DNA from: Thermodesulfobacteriota bacterium
GTDB lineage: Bacteria > Desulfobacterota_D > UBA1144
Direction: 5' to 3'
Assembly (NCBI GenBank): GCA_030835345.1
Contig: JAURPH010000006.1
Coordinates: 703 to 64,702 of the forward strand
DNA: 64,000 nucleotides
The translations under genes were made by a program, and so were the position numbers. Under the pieces are notes generated by a model that was given only the letters and a program-made list of their open reading frames with translations, was not told the origin of the DNA and ran no database searches. Below are positions 52,063 to 61,234 of the stretch, in pieces (the first letter of the stretch is position 1; each line of letters begins with the position of its first letter).

Positions 52063-53130
52063 ATGAGTAAGAAAGTCATTGTAGCTATGAGTGGAGGAGT
52101 GGATAGTTCAACCACAGCAGCACTTTTAAGAGAGCAAGGATACGATGTGTCTGGCATAACAATGCAATTATGGGATTATGCAGATGATGAGACAGGTTGT
52201 TGCTCATTAAGTGATGTATTTGATGCCAGACAAGCAGCGAATCAAATTGGAATAGAGCATCATGTAGTTAATTATAAAGATGATTTTCAGAAGTATGTAG
52301 TTAGTGACTTTATTAATAAATATTATAATGGTCAAACCCCAAACCCTTGCATTATGTGTAACGAATATATGAAATTTGATTTTCTACTAAAAAAATCGTT
52401 AGAGCTCGGGGCTGATTACTTAGCTACAGGTCATTATGCAAAAATTTCTAGGGACAATAAGGGAAGAATTTTTTTAGAGAAAGGAGTTGATAAATTTAAA
52501 GACCAGTCATATTTCTTATTTACTTTAAAAAGTAAAGAATTGTCTAGGTTAATGTTCCCCTTAGGGGAGTTTTCTAAGCCAAAAGTAAGAGAAATATCTG
52601 AAGGTTTTAATTTATCTGTAGCTACAAAAAAAGAGAGTCAAGATGTCTGCTTTATTGCAAAAGATTATAGAACATTTATAGAGAAAAATTCTATTCATTT
52701 CCAACCCAAAGGCGGCTTGATTAAGGATGTTAATGGAAATATTTTGGGGGAACATGAAGGAATTCATAATTTTACTATTGGCCAAAGAAGAAAGTTAGGT
52801 ATAAATTCCCTTGAAGCAATGTATGTTGTCAATATAAATTTTGCTAATTCTAATATAATCGTAGGTTCAGAAACAGATTTGTACTCTGATGCTTTATATG
52901 CAAAAAACCTTAATTGGTCAATGGATAGGGAGTCTATTTTAAATTTAAATCTTAAGGCAAAAGTAAGATATAGAAGTCCAGAGTCCGAGGTTGATATTGA
53001 TTTTAAGGATGATGGAAGACTTTTAGTTAAATTTAAGAAGCCGCAAAGAGCCCTGACACCTGGGCAGGCCATAGTATTTTATAAAGATGAGAAAGTTGTT
53101 GGTGGTGGATGGATTGATCAAACAATATAA
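52063..53130 (+). CDS. mnmA: tRNA-specific 2-thiouridylase
   Basis: PP-loop VIVAMSGGVDSS. Catalytic Cys regions. 355 aa. Confidence 0.9.
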   Translation: MSKKVIVAMSGGVDSSTTAALLREQGYDVSGITMQLWDYADDETGCCSLSDVFDARQAANQIGIEHHVVNYKDDFQKYVVSDFINKYYNGQTPNPCIMCNEYMKFDFLLKKSLELGADYLATGHYAKISRDNKGRIFLEKGVDKFKDQSYFLFTLKSKELSRLMFPLGEFSKPKVREISEGFNLSVATKKESQDVCFIAKDYRTFIEKNSIHFQPKGGLIKDVNGNILGEHEGIHNFTIGQRRKLGINSLEAMYVVNINFANSNIIVGSETDLYSDALYAKNLNWSMDRESILNLNLKAKVRYRSPESEVDIDFKDDGRLLVKFKKPQRALTPGQAIVFYKDEKVVGGGWIDQTI

Positions 53131-54406
53131 TAAAATTCACTATCTGACCTATGGTTGCAAGGTCAATCAATTTGATACAGATAAGATTAAGTCTATAGTT
53201 CCAAATAGTTTTGAAGAATCTTCTGATCTAGGTAAATCCGATATTTGTATAATTAACACTTGTACCGTTACAGATGCAACTGATAATCAAATTTTGAAAG
53301 ATTTAAGAAAGATTAAAAAAGATTTCCCAAAAATAAAAACATTGGTGACAGGATGTCTAGCCCAAACAACCCCTGAGGTATTAAAAGCTTCATCAGATGT
53401 GGATTTTATTGTTGATAATGCAAATAAATATTTAATACCTAAAGTATTAAATAACTTAGAAGCATATGAGAATGAAGTTGTAAGTGATATTTTTGCTTTA
53501 GATGAATTTGATGATTTTGATGAAGGTATTAAAGAAAATAGGTCTCGAGCATTTCTTAAGATTCAAGATGGCTGCAACTACAGATGCTCTTTCTGCATTA
53601 TTCCTTTTGCAAGAGGTAAATCTAGAAGCATGAATAATGATAGTCTGTTAGATAAGATTTCTTATCTTCATGACTGTGGTTTTAATGAAGTAGTTTTAAC
53701 CGGTATTCATCTCTCAAGTTATGGTCTTGATAGAAATCAAAGCCTTCTTGAATTACTACAGAAGATTGAGAAATATTCACCAATTAAAAATATAAGATTA
53801 AGTTCGATTGATCCTGCAGATACTTCACTTGAAATGATTGATTTTATCTCCCAATCAGAAAAAATTTGTCCATCATTTCATATATCAATGCAAAGTGGAA
53901 ACAATGAAATTTTGCGGGAGATGAGAAGGAGATATAAGATATCATCTTTTACAAAACTCACTAATTATATAAGAGATTGTATTCCAGATGCTTGCATAGG
54001 CACTGATGTCATTGTGGGATTTCCAGGTGAAACAGAAGATTTATTTTTAGAAACTTATAATTATATCAAAAATTCTGAGCTTAATTATCTACATGTATTT
54101 CCTTATTCTGATAGAAAAGGTACAAGGGCTTCTTTAAATACTGATAAGATTGATAATTTTGATAAGAAGTTAAGGTCAAAAAAACTTCGTATGTTGGCTG
54201 ATAAGCTTAAAGAAGAATTTCAATCTAAATATATCGGTAAAACTTTGATAGGAATCAAAGAAAAAAATAATAAAGTTAGAACTAGAAACTATATTGATGT
54301 CAATATTGCAGATTCCAGAATTGAGCAAGGTAGAATAGTAAAAGTAAAAATAGATGAAATTCTTAACAAAAAAGTTTTAGGTTCAATTATTCCTCAACAG
54401 GGATAA
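53087..54406 (+). CDS. Radical-SAM methylthiotransferase (MiaB/MtaB/RimO family) with C-terminal TRAM-like domain
   Basis: N-terminal MTTase Cys triad (YGCKVNQFD ... NTCTV ... GCLAQ). Radical-SAM CNYRCSFC. The start is uncertain: ATG 53087 overlaps mnmA by 44 nt, and GTG 53105 is an alternative. Confidence 0.8.
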   Translation: MRKLLVVDGLIKQYNKIHYLTYGCKVNQFDTDKIKSIVPNSFEESSDLGKSDICIINTCTVTDATDNQILKDLRKIKKDFPKIKTLVTGCLAQTTPEVLKASSDVDFIVDNANKYLIPKVLNNLEAYENEVVSDIFALDEFDDFDEGIKENRSRAFLKIQDGCNYRCSFCIIPFARGKSRSMNNDSLLDKISYLHDCGFNEVVLTGIHLSSYGLDRNQSLLELLQKIEKYSPIKNIRLSSIDPADTSLEMIDFISQSEKICPSFHISMQSGNNEILREMRRRYKISSFTKLTNYIRDCIPDACIGTDVIVGFPGETEDLFLETYNYIKNSELNYLHVFPYSDRKGTRASLNTDKIDNFDKKLRSKKLRMLADKLKEEFQSKYIGKTLIGIKEKNNKVRTRNYIDVNIADSRIEQGRIVKVKIDEILNKKVLGSIIPQQG

Positions 54407-56153
54407 TTAGATTAATTCCAAGTTCTTCAAGTTGTTTTTCAGAGAATACTTTAGAAGGAGCTTCGGTTAGTAGACAAGATGCTTTTTGAGTCTTAGGAAA
54501 AGCTATTATGTCTCTAATAGAGTCAGCACCAGTTAAAAACATTAATATCCTATCAAGACCCAATGCTAATCCACCGTGGGGAGGTGTCCCTCTTTCAAGT
54601 GCCGATAAAAGAAAGCCAAAATTATCTTTATACTCTTCTTCACTTATTTTTAATATTCTAAAAACTTTTTCCTGTAGTTCTTTTTTGTGAATCCTTATAC
54701 TTCCACCGCCAAGTTCTGTTCCATTTAGAACAATATCGTAAGCATTAGACTTAACTTCTAATGTTTCATCACTATTAAAATCATGATTAACAGGTTCGGT
54801 AAAAGGGTGGTGAACAGAAGTAACTTCGCCACCATCTTTGATGAACAAAGGAAAATCTGTTACCCATACAAATTTAAAATCATTTTTATCCATGAGAGCT
54901 AGATCCTCACCTAATTTGAGCCTAACCGCAGACATATATTTGTTTACTTCATCACTTGAGCCTGCACCAAAGAATAATATATCTCCATCAGATAAATCTT
55001 GATTTTTTGAGAGCAACATAATTTCATTCTCAGAGAAAAATTTAATAATTGGCGATTGTAAGTCTTCCCCATTTACTTTGATCCATGCAAGACCTTTAGC
55101 TCCATAGCTTTGTGCAAAAATTGTTAGCTCATCTATATCTTTTCTGGATAAATTTGCATCTTTGACTTTTAAGCATTTTATTACACCATTCTTTTTAACT
55201 ACATCTTTAAAAACTTTGAATTCGGTATCTTTGAAGATTTCAGTAATATCCTCAAGTTCAAGGTCAAACCTCATATCGGGTCTATCGTTTCCAAATCTAG
55301 ACATGGAATCATTATATGTAATCCTTTCAAAGTCATTATCAAGACTTATATCCAACGCTGATGTGAAGATTTTTTTAATTAGCCCCTCTGTAAATTCCAT
55401 AACATCTTCTTTATTAACAAACGACATTTCAAAATCTACTTGTGTGAATTCAGGCTGACGGTCCGCTCTTAAGTCTTCATCTCTAAAGCATCTTACAATT
55501 TGAAAATACCTATCGAAACCCGATGTCATTAAAATTTGTTTTAATATTTGTGGAGATTGAGGAAGTGCAAAAAAATGATTCTGATGAACCCTACTTGGTA
55601 CCAAATAATCTCTTGCTCCTTCTGGAGTTGATTTTGTGAGATAAGGAGTTTCTATATCAATAAAATTATGCTCATGAAAATACTCTCTAATTACCCTCAT
55701 AGTTTCACTTTTAAGGACAAAGTTTTTACTGATATTTGGTCTTCTTAAATCTAAGTATCTATATTTTAGTCTTATATTTTCATCAGTATCAATTTCATCT
55801 TCAATTTGAAAGGGTAGGGGGACACAAGTATTGAATATCTCAACATGTTCCGCCAAAATTTCAATTTTTCCTGTTGGTAATTTTGGATTAATACTATTAT
55901 CTGATCGTAATCTAATTTTCCCTTTAATATTTATCACAAATTCATTTCTAATTTTTTCAATTGTCTTGTGTGCTTCAGGAAATAATTCCGGGTCAGATAC
56001 TATTTGGATGATTCCAGACCTATCCCTGACATCTATAAATATAACTCCACCATGGTCCCTTACGGTAGAAGACCATCCGGTAATGCTTACTTCTTGCCCT
56101 TCATTGGATTCATTGAAGGTTGCACAATAGTCTGTTCTAAAATTAGTTTTCAT
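54387..56153 (-). CDS. aspS: Aspartyl-tRNA synthetase
   Basis: 588 aa. Bacterial-type with GAD insertion. Class II motifs FRDE, QLDFEMSF and GLDRIL. Confidence 0.93.
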   Translation of the reverse strand: MKTNFRTDYCATFNESNEGQEVSITGWSSTVRDHGGVIFIDVRDRSGIIQIVSDPELFPEAHKTIEKIRNEFVINIKGKIRLRSDNSINPKLPTGKIEILAEHVEIFNTCVPLPFQIEDEIDTDENIRLKYRYLDLRRPNISKNFVLKSETMRVIREYFHEHNFIDIETPYLTKSTPEGARDYLVPSRVHQNHFFALPQSPQILKQILMTSGFDRYFQIVRCFRDEDLRADRQPEFTQVDFEMSFVNKEDVMEFTEGLIKKIFTSALDISLDNDFERITYNDSMSRFGNDRPDMRFDLELEDITEIFKDTEFKVFKDVVKKNGVIKCLKVKDANLSRKDIDELTIFAQSYGAKGLAWIKVNGEDLQSPIIKFFSENEIMLLSKNQDLSDGDILFFGAGSSDEVNKYMSAVRLKLGEDLALMDKNDFKFVWVTDFPLFIKDGGEVTSVHHPFTEPVNHDFNSDETLEVKSNAYDIVLNGTELGGGSIRIHKKELQEKVFRILKISEEEYKDNFGFLLSALERGTPPHGGLALGLDRILMFLTGADSIRDIIAFPKTQKASCLLTEAPSKVFSEKQLEELGINLIIPVEE

Positions 56154-56200
56154 AATTGGAATTAAATCTTAACTTTATTTATTAAACTCCACAAGAACAG

Positions 56201-56206
56201 TATAAT
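56201..56206 (+). promoter_or_regulatory. Candidate -10 box (TATAAT) 9 nt upstream of era ATG; possible very short/leaderless 5' UTR
   Basis: Perfect TATAAT in the 62-nt divergent aspS/era spacer. No Shine-Dalgarno follows. Confidence 0.25.
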
Positions 56207-56215
56207 GATAAATCA

Positions 56216-57097
56216 ATGGAAAACTTTAAGTCAGGAACAGTTTCAATTATAGGCAAACCTAACACGGGAAAATCTACATTAATCAATACAATAACAGGAA
56301 GGAAAATATCAGCTGTAAGTGATAAGCCAAATACTACTAGAAATAAAATTTTAGGTGTTCTTAACACCGAAGATTCACAGATGCTTTTTTTGGATACTCC
56401 TGGGCTACAAAAATCAAATAAATTTTTAAATAGAATTATGGTTCAGTCTTCAATGCAAGCTATAAGTGAAGCAGATGTTATATTAGTAATGATTGATGGA
56501 ACCAAAAAATTCTCTGAAGATGATTTAAATCTATTTGATAAAATAAGAGATAAAAATCCCATAGTTGCAATCAATAAAATTGATTTAATTAAAAAAAGTA
56601 GAATATTGGGATTGATTGAAAAGCTAAGTGGCAAGTACGATTTTGTCGAAAACTTTATTCCCATAAGTGCTTTAAATAATGAAGGGACCAACTTATTGCT
56701 GGACAAGCTTAAAGAAAAACTACCTTTTACCAAGAAAATTCTTCCAGATGATATACTAACTGATCAACCTGAAAAATTTTATTTATCTGAAATAATAAGA
56801 GAGAAAATTTTCACAAATCTATATCAAGAAGTTCCTTACCGAATTGCTGTAGTTGTAGAAGAAATTATTGAAAAGAAAAAAATTATAGTCATTCAAGCTT
56901 ACATAATAGCCGAAAGTTCACACCATAAGCAGATTATAATTGGAAAGAGGGGGCAAATGATAAAAAAGGTTGGTGAGGAAAGTAGGGTTGATATTCAAGA
57001 ATTCTTGAATTGTAAGGTTTTCTTAGATCTAAGAGTGAAAGTTGATTCTCAATGGTTAAAAGTTAAAGATAAAGCTTTCAATTACTCTAATATTTAA
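56216..57097 (+). CDS. era: GTPase Era
   Basis: G1 GKPNTGKST. G3 DTPG. NKID (G4). C-terminal KH domain. Confidence 0.93.
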   Translation: MENFKSGTVSIIGKPNTGKSTLINTITGRKISAVSDKPNTTRNKILGVLNTEDSQMLFLDTPGLQKSNKFLNRIMVQSSMQAISEADVILVMIDGTKKFSEDDLNLFDKIRDKNPIVAINKIDLIKKSRILGLIEKLSGKYDFVENFIPISALNNEGTNLLLDKLKEKLPFTKKILPDDILTDQPEKFYLSEIIREKIFTNLYQEVPYRIAVVVEEIIEKKKIIVIQAYIIAESSHHKQIIIGKRGQMIKKVGEESRVDIQEFLNCKVFLDLRVKVDSQWLKVKDKAFNYSNI

Positions 57098-57871
57098 CTA
57101 AGAGCCTTCATATTTAGGCGTTCTTTTTTCTTCAAAGGCTTTTCTGCCTTCAACAAAGTCTTTACTTTCTTGAATATTTTTAATTAAATCTTCAATTGCT
57201 AATTTATTTTTATCATCTAGTGTTTGGCTTTCTTGAAAGGAGTTTATAGATTTTTTAATAACCTCTAGTGATAAAGGAGCATTTTGAGATATTCTTTCAC
57301 AAAAATTAATTACGTCATCTATTATTTTTTCACTCTCAGAAACAAAATTTGCCAACCCCATACTCAAAGCATCATCTGAATTGAACTTGTCAGCTGTTAA
57401 AAAAATATTCTTTGTATTAGATAGTCCAACACAATTGATGAAATTTTTTAATCCATTATAGCTGTATGGAATTCCCAATTTAGCTGGGGGAACACAGAAA
57501 ATTGAATTCTTAGAGAAAAATCTGAAATCGCAACTTATAGCTATTTCCAAGCCACCTCCAAATGCATGACCGTTGATTGCTGCAACAACTATTTTTCCAG
57601 AATTTTTAATGCATTTGGTCATTCTTATTAACGGGTGATTTTGATCATTATAATCTTCTTTTATAGATGAAATATCATATCCAGATGAAAATACTTTATT
57701 TCCTTCACCTTTAATTATTATGGTTCTAATACTCTTATTATCTTCAAGCGATTTAATGTGTTTGATCATTTCTTCAATCATATCTGGAGATACAGCATTC
57801 TTTTTATTTGGATTGTCGATTGTGATTAAGCTAATAGAGTTAATCATTTCAAATTTAACAAAACTTTCCAT
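57098..57871 (-). CDS. Enoyl-CoA hydratase/isomerase (crotonase) family protein
   Basis: 257 aa. Crotonase fold signature (AAINGHAFGGGLEIAISCD). Confidence 0.82.
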   Translation of the reverse strand: MESFVKFEMINSISLITIDNPNKKNAVSPDMIEEMIKHIKSLEDNKSIRTIIIKGEGNKVFSSGYDISSIKEDYNDQNHPLIRMTKCIKNSGKIVVAAINGHAFGGGLEIAISCDFRFFSKNSIFCVPPAKLGIPYSYNGLKNFINCVGLSNTKNIFLTADKFNSDDALSMGLANFVSESEKIIDDVINFCERISQNAPLSLEVIKKSINSFQESQTLDDKNKLAIEDLIKNIQESKDFVEGRKAFEEKRTPKYEGS

Positions 57872-57918
57872 ATCCGTTATAGTAATCTATTATTAAATTT
57901 CTTTAAAGGGTTGTTTGT

Positions 57919-58467
57919 ATGCCGGTTTATGAATTTGAATGTAGAGAATGTATGAGATCTTATAATAAAGATATAGATAAGCTCGTAAAAAATTTGAACA
58001 AAAAATATGCAACTCAACTTATGAAAAAAAATAAAGGTTTTAAGTACATTGAAGTGCTTAATCCCAAAAATGACAAAACGATTTTCTCCGTTGGTGAAGA
58101 GTCTAACAAAGGAATTAGGAGATATAGATATAAGCTTGATGAGAAGAAGTTTTTATATCTAGAATTATTAGATTTTAAGTTCAGTGAATTATTTTTTGAA
58201 GGTGATAGCACTGATAACATTGAATGTCCAAATAATAAAAAATGTACAGATGTGCATCGAGTCTTCTCTGCATTTAAAGCAATTTTTGAAAAGAGAGGTG
58301 GCCAAAATGATAGAGCTCCTAAACCAGGCGACCCCGTTCAGTGGCACAAAGACTATAAAATTATGAAAGATGAAGAACAAGCTTCAAATTGGGTTGGCCA
58401 AGATCACTTGAATCAATATTTTGGTAATTCGCAACATGATGGTTCTTATGGAACTGAGTCGGAGTAA
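57919..58467 (+). CDS. Hypothetical protein with split FmdB-like zinc ribbon (paralog 1)
   Basis: N-terminal MPVYEFECRECMRSY (FmdB-type CxxC knuckle). The second knuckle ECPNNKKCTDVHRVFSAF lies about 95 aa downstream. Acidic low-complexity tail. RBS AAAGGG. Confidence 0.6.
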   Translation: MPVYEFECRECMRSYNKDIDKLVKNLNKKYATQLMKKNKGFKYIEVLNPKNDKTIFSVGEESNKGIRRYRYKLDEKKFLYLELLDFKFSELFFEGDSTDNIECPNNKKCTDVHRVFSAFKAIFEKRGGQNDRAPKPGDPVQWHKDYKIMKDEEQASNWVGQDHLNQYFGNSQHDGSYGTESE

Positions 58468-58470
58468 ACT

Positions 58471-59013
58471 ATGCCTTTATATGAATTTGAATGTATCTCT
58501 TGTAGAAAAGCCGTTACAGATTCAATTGTTGCAATTGAAAAAAAGCCAAACAAAAAAACTATTGAGGCAACCGTTAAGAAGTACGAAAGTATAAATTCAA
58601 TTATCCTTGTAGATCTCAATAACGATAAAGAAATAGCCAGAGCTGGTAAAATTGGCAATGAAGATATAGACATTGATCTTTATGTCGACGATGGAAAGAT
58701 AATGGTTTTATATTTTGTTCCTAATTTTAGATTTTCTGAATTAGTAATGGATGAAGAGGATGAGAAAAATATAATATGTCCATGTTGTAACAAAAAGAAA
58801 AAAGTTGAGAGAGTTATTTCTTCATTTTCATATACAAGCGATCTCTCAACAAACCCACCCAAGCCACCTGGTGTCAAAGATTTACCTAAAGAAATTCAGG
58901 GAAAATTTGCAACCACAGGTTATGTTGAAGAGAAAGATAGACCAGCAAATATAAAAAGAGAAACTAGATATAAGCATCAATATCAAGACAAATCAAAAAG
59001 AAAATTACTTTGA
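58471..59013 (+). CDS. Hypothetical protein with split FmdB-like zinc ribbon (paralog 2)
   Basis: MPLYEFECISCRK ... FRFSELV ... ICPCCNKKKKVERVISSF is collinear with paralog 1 (about 25% identity). Basic tail. RBS GGAG. 3 nt after paralog 1. Confidence 0.6.
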   Translation: MPLYEFECISCRKAVTDSIVAIEKKPNKKTIEATVKKYESINSIILVDLNNDKEIARAGKIGNEDIDIDLYVDDGKIMVLYFVPNFRFSELVMDEEDEKNIICPCCNKKKKVERVISSFSYTSDLSTNPPKPPGVKDLPKEIQGKFATTGYVEEKDRPANIKRETRYKHQYQDKSKRKLL

Positions 59014-59238
59014 AATTGATTTTTCCTTTACGAAATCTACAAATCTAATTAATGTTGATAATTTTTCATCAGGTATTTCTTTGTAAGAGCAACCAAATTT
59101 AGTTTTAATAAGTATTAGAATATGAGCATAAGGATTTCTGCCTTTAGGATGATTAGGAGAATCAGGCAATTTCCCTTTCATTTCATCTCCTATTTTCGTT
59201 ATATAAGACCATGCAATTTTTCTATTTTCTTCATTCAT
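59005..59238 (-). CDS. Hypothetical small protein (77 aa), translationally coupled downstream of hisIE
   Basis: Start overlaps the hisIE stop by 8 nt. No motif I recognise. Converges on and overlaps the end of paralog 2 by 9 nt. Confidence 0.45.
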   Translation of the reverse strand: MNEENRKIAWSYITKIGDEMKGKLPDSPNHPKGRNPYAHILILIKTKFGCSYKEIPDEKLSTLIRFVDFVKEKSISK

Positions 59239-59932
59239 CTAAAGTATAATCTTTTTTTGTTTTACCAATTCTATTTTCAAGTTCTTTATATATTTCTTTA
59301 ATATCTATATCATGATAAGAAATTGCTACCATCATATGGTAAAGAAGGTCAGTATATTCATATATAATTTTATCTTTTTCATCATTTTCCGATGCTTCTA
59401 TTGCTTCGTCAGATTCTTCTTTAACTTTCGAAAGAATCTTTTTTAGACCATCTTTAAATAATGACTTCGTATAAGACTTATCATTTCCATCTTCATTTTT
59501 CCTATTTTCAATAATTGAAAAGACTTCACTTATTACTTGGGTTTCTAACAAAGGAACTTCCCTTTCTTTATTATTTAAATCAGTATAAAAACATGATTTT
59601 GTATTTGTATGACAAGCTGGTCCATCTGGGTTCACCATATAGAGAAGGCAATCTTTATCACAATCAATGTAAATATTAACGATATTTAGCCTATTTCCAG
59701 AGGTTGCACCTTTTTCCCATAATTCATCTCTACTTCTACTCCAAAAATGTGCAATGTTAGTATTTATGGATTTTCTTACTGCCTCTTCATTGGAAAAAGC
59801 AAACATTAAAATATCCCCAGTATTATAGTCTTGAACTATTGTTGGGACTAAACCACTATTATTGTATTTAATATCGTTTATAATTGAAATCATATTAGTT
59901 GATATATAACAATATAATAGTGAGGAAATCAA
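59231..59932 (-). CDS. hisIE: Bifunctional phosphoribosyl-AMP cyclohydrolase / phosphoribosyl-ATP pyrophosphatase
   Basis: HisI region LVPTIVQDYNTGDILMFAFSNEEA ... CHTNTKSCF. HisE region with EESDE and EYTDLLYHMMV. The start may be the internal Met at 59893. Confidence 0.88.
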   Translation of the reverse strand: MISSLLYCYISTNMISIINDIKYNNSGLVPTIVQDYNTGDILMFAFSNEEAVRKSINTNIAHFWSRSRDELWEKGATSGNRLNIVNIYIDCDKDCLLYMVNPDGPACHTNTKSCFYTDLNNKEREVPLLETQVISEVFSIIENRKNEDGNDKSYTKSLFKDGLKKILSKVKEESDEAIEASENDEKDKIIYEYTDLLYHMMVAISYHDIDIKEIYKELENRIGKTKKDYTLDE

Positions 59933-60130
59933 ATGGCTAGAGTTACTATAGAAGATTGCTTAGAAAAGGTTACTAATAGATTTGAATTATCTGTTGCTGC
60001 TATGAAGAGAGCGAAATCTATTCATGGTGGAGCACCTTCATTATCTAAAGAAAAAAATAAGCCTGTTGTTTTAGCTTTAAGAGAAATAGCAGAAGATAAA
60101 GTAGTTGCTGTAAAGAAACCCCAAGAATAA
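59933..60130 (+). CDS. rpoZ: DNA-directed RNA polymerase omega subunit
   Basis: MARVTIEDCLEKVTNRFELSVAAMKRAKSI closely matches the RpoZ consensus. 65 aa. Confidence 0.85.
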   Translation: MARVTIEDCLEKVTNRFELSVAAMKRAKSIHGGAPSLSKEKNKPVVLALREIAEDKVVAVKKPQE

Positions 60131-60169
60131 TTTATTCAATCACAACTTTATACATTAATTAATTTATAA

Positions 60170-60757
60170 ATGAATTTTCAAGAAAAAATCTCTGGATATT
60201 TTATAAAAAACCCAAGTCCTAAATTGATAGAACCTGAACCTGGTTCAATTCTATCTTCAATATCAATTATCATTAGAACCTCGAAAAAAAATGATGAGGA
60301 ATTATTTTTTATTAAAAGAGCAAAAAGGCAGGGTGATAATTTTTCAGGACACATGGCTTTTCCAGGGGGAGTTAAAGAAAAATATGATAAAAGTATCCTC
60401 GATACTGCCAAAAGAGAGACAATGGAAGAAGTTGGGATTGATTTAAATAAGGATGCAGAATATGTAGGTAGATATGATGACTACCGACCAGTAAATCCAA
60501 ATGCGAATGCTTTTTTAGTTTCTCCACATGTTTTTTTCTTAAAAAATAGCAGTCCAATATTAAAACTAAATAAAGATGAGGTAGAGGATACTGTATGGAT
60601 TCCAATTAATGTAATAAGAGATATGTTAGCAGATAGTCCTAGAATTAGCGAAAGATATGACAGAAAATATAATGATAATGTTTTTGAATACAAGGGCTAT
60701 AAAATCTGGGGAATGACTGGAAAGATTTTATATTCATTTATAAATAAAATTCTTTAA
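60170..60757 (+). CDS. Nudix hydrolase, CoA pyrophosphatase (NudL)-like
   Basis: Nudix box GHMAFPGGVKEKYDKSILDTAKRETMEEVGIDL with upstream basic residues, as in the NudL/UPF0035 family. Confidence 0.6.
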   Translation: MNFQEKISGYFIKNPSPKLIEPEPGSILSSISIIIRTSKKNDEELFFIKRAKRQGDNFSGHMAFPGGVKEKYDKSILDTAKRETMEEVGIDLNKDAEYVGRYDDYRPVNPNANAFLVSPHVFFLKNSSPILKLNKDEVEDTVWIPINVIRDMLADSPRISERYDRKYNDNVFEYKGYKIWGMTGKILYSFINKIL

Positions 60758-60811
60758 GAGCTATTTAACAAATATTTTTTACTTTAAAAATATAAGTGAT
60801 AGAATAAAAAA

Positions 60812-61231
60812 ATGGGCAGTGTAAATAAAGTAATTTTATTAGGTAGGCTCGGAGCAGACCCTGACTTGAGATATACTCAAGATCAAACTCCAGTATCTTC
60901 ATTCAATATAGCTACATCAATAAGCTTTAAAAATAAAAGTGGAGAGAAAGTTGATAAAACATCTTGGCATAGATGTGTAGCTTGGAGAAAGACTGCTGAG
61001 ACTATTAATCAGTATTTCAAAAAGGGTAATCAAATTTATGTTGAAGGCTCATTAGAATCCCGATCTTATGAGGATCAAAACGGTGAAAAAAAATATGTTA
61101 CGGAAGTAATAGTTAATAATTTCCAGTTTGTAGATTCTAAAGGTTCTGAGCAGCAAAGTTCGTCTAATGATGATAGTTTTTTAGATGATTTTGATTTAGA
61201 AGGCTCAAATAGCGACGATGTACCTTTTTAA
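60812..61231 (+). CDS. ssb: Single-stranded DNA-binding protein
   Basis: OB-fold N-terminus (VILLGRLGADPDLRYT ... WHRCVAWRK). Acidic C-terminal tip DDVPF. Confidence 0.92.
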   Translation: MGSVNKVILLGRLGADPDLRYTQDQTPVSSFNIATSISFKNKSGEKVDKTSWHRCVAWRKTAETINQYFKKGNQIYVEGSLESRSYEDQNGEKKYVTEVIVNNFQFVDSKGSEQQSSSNDDSFLDDFDLEGSNSDDVPF

Positions 61232-61234
61232 AGT

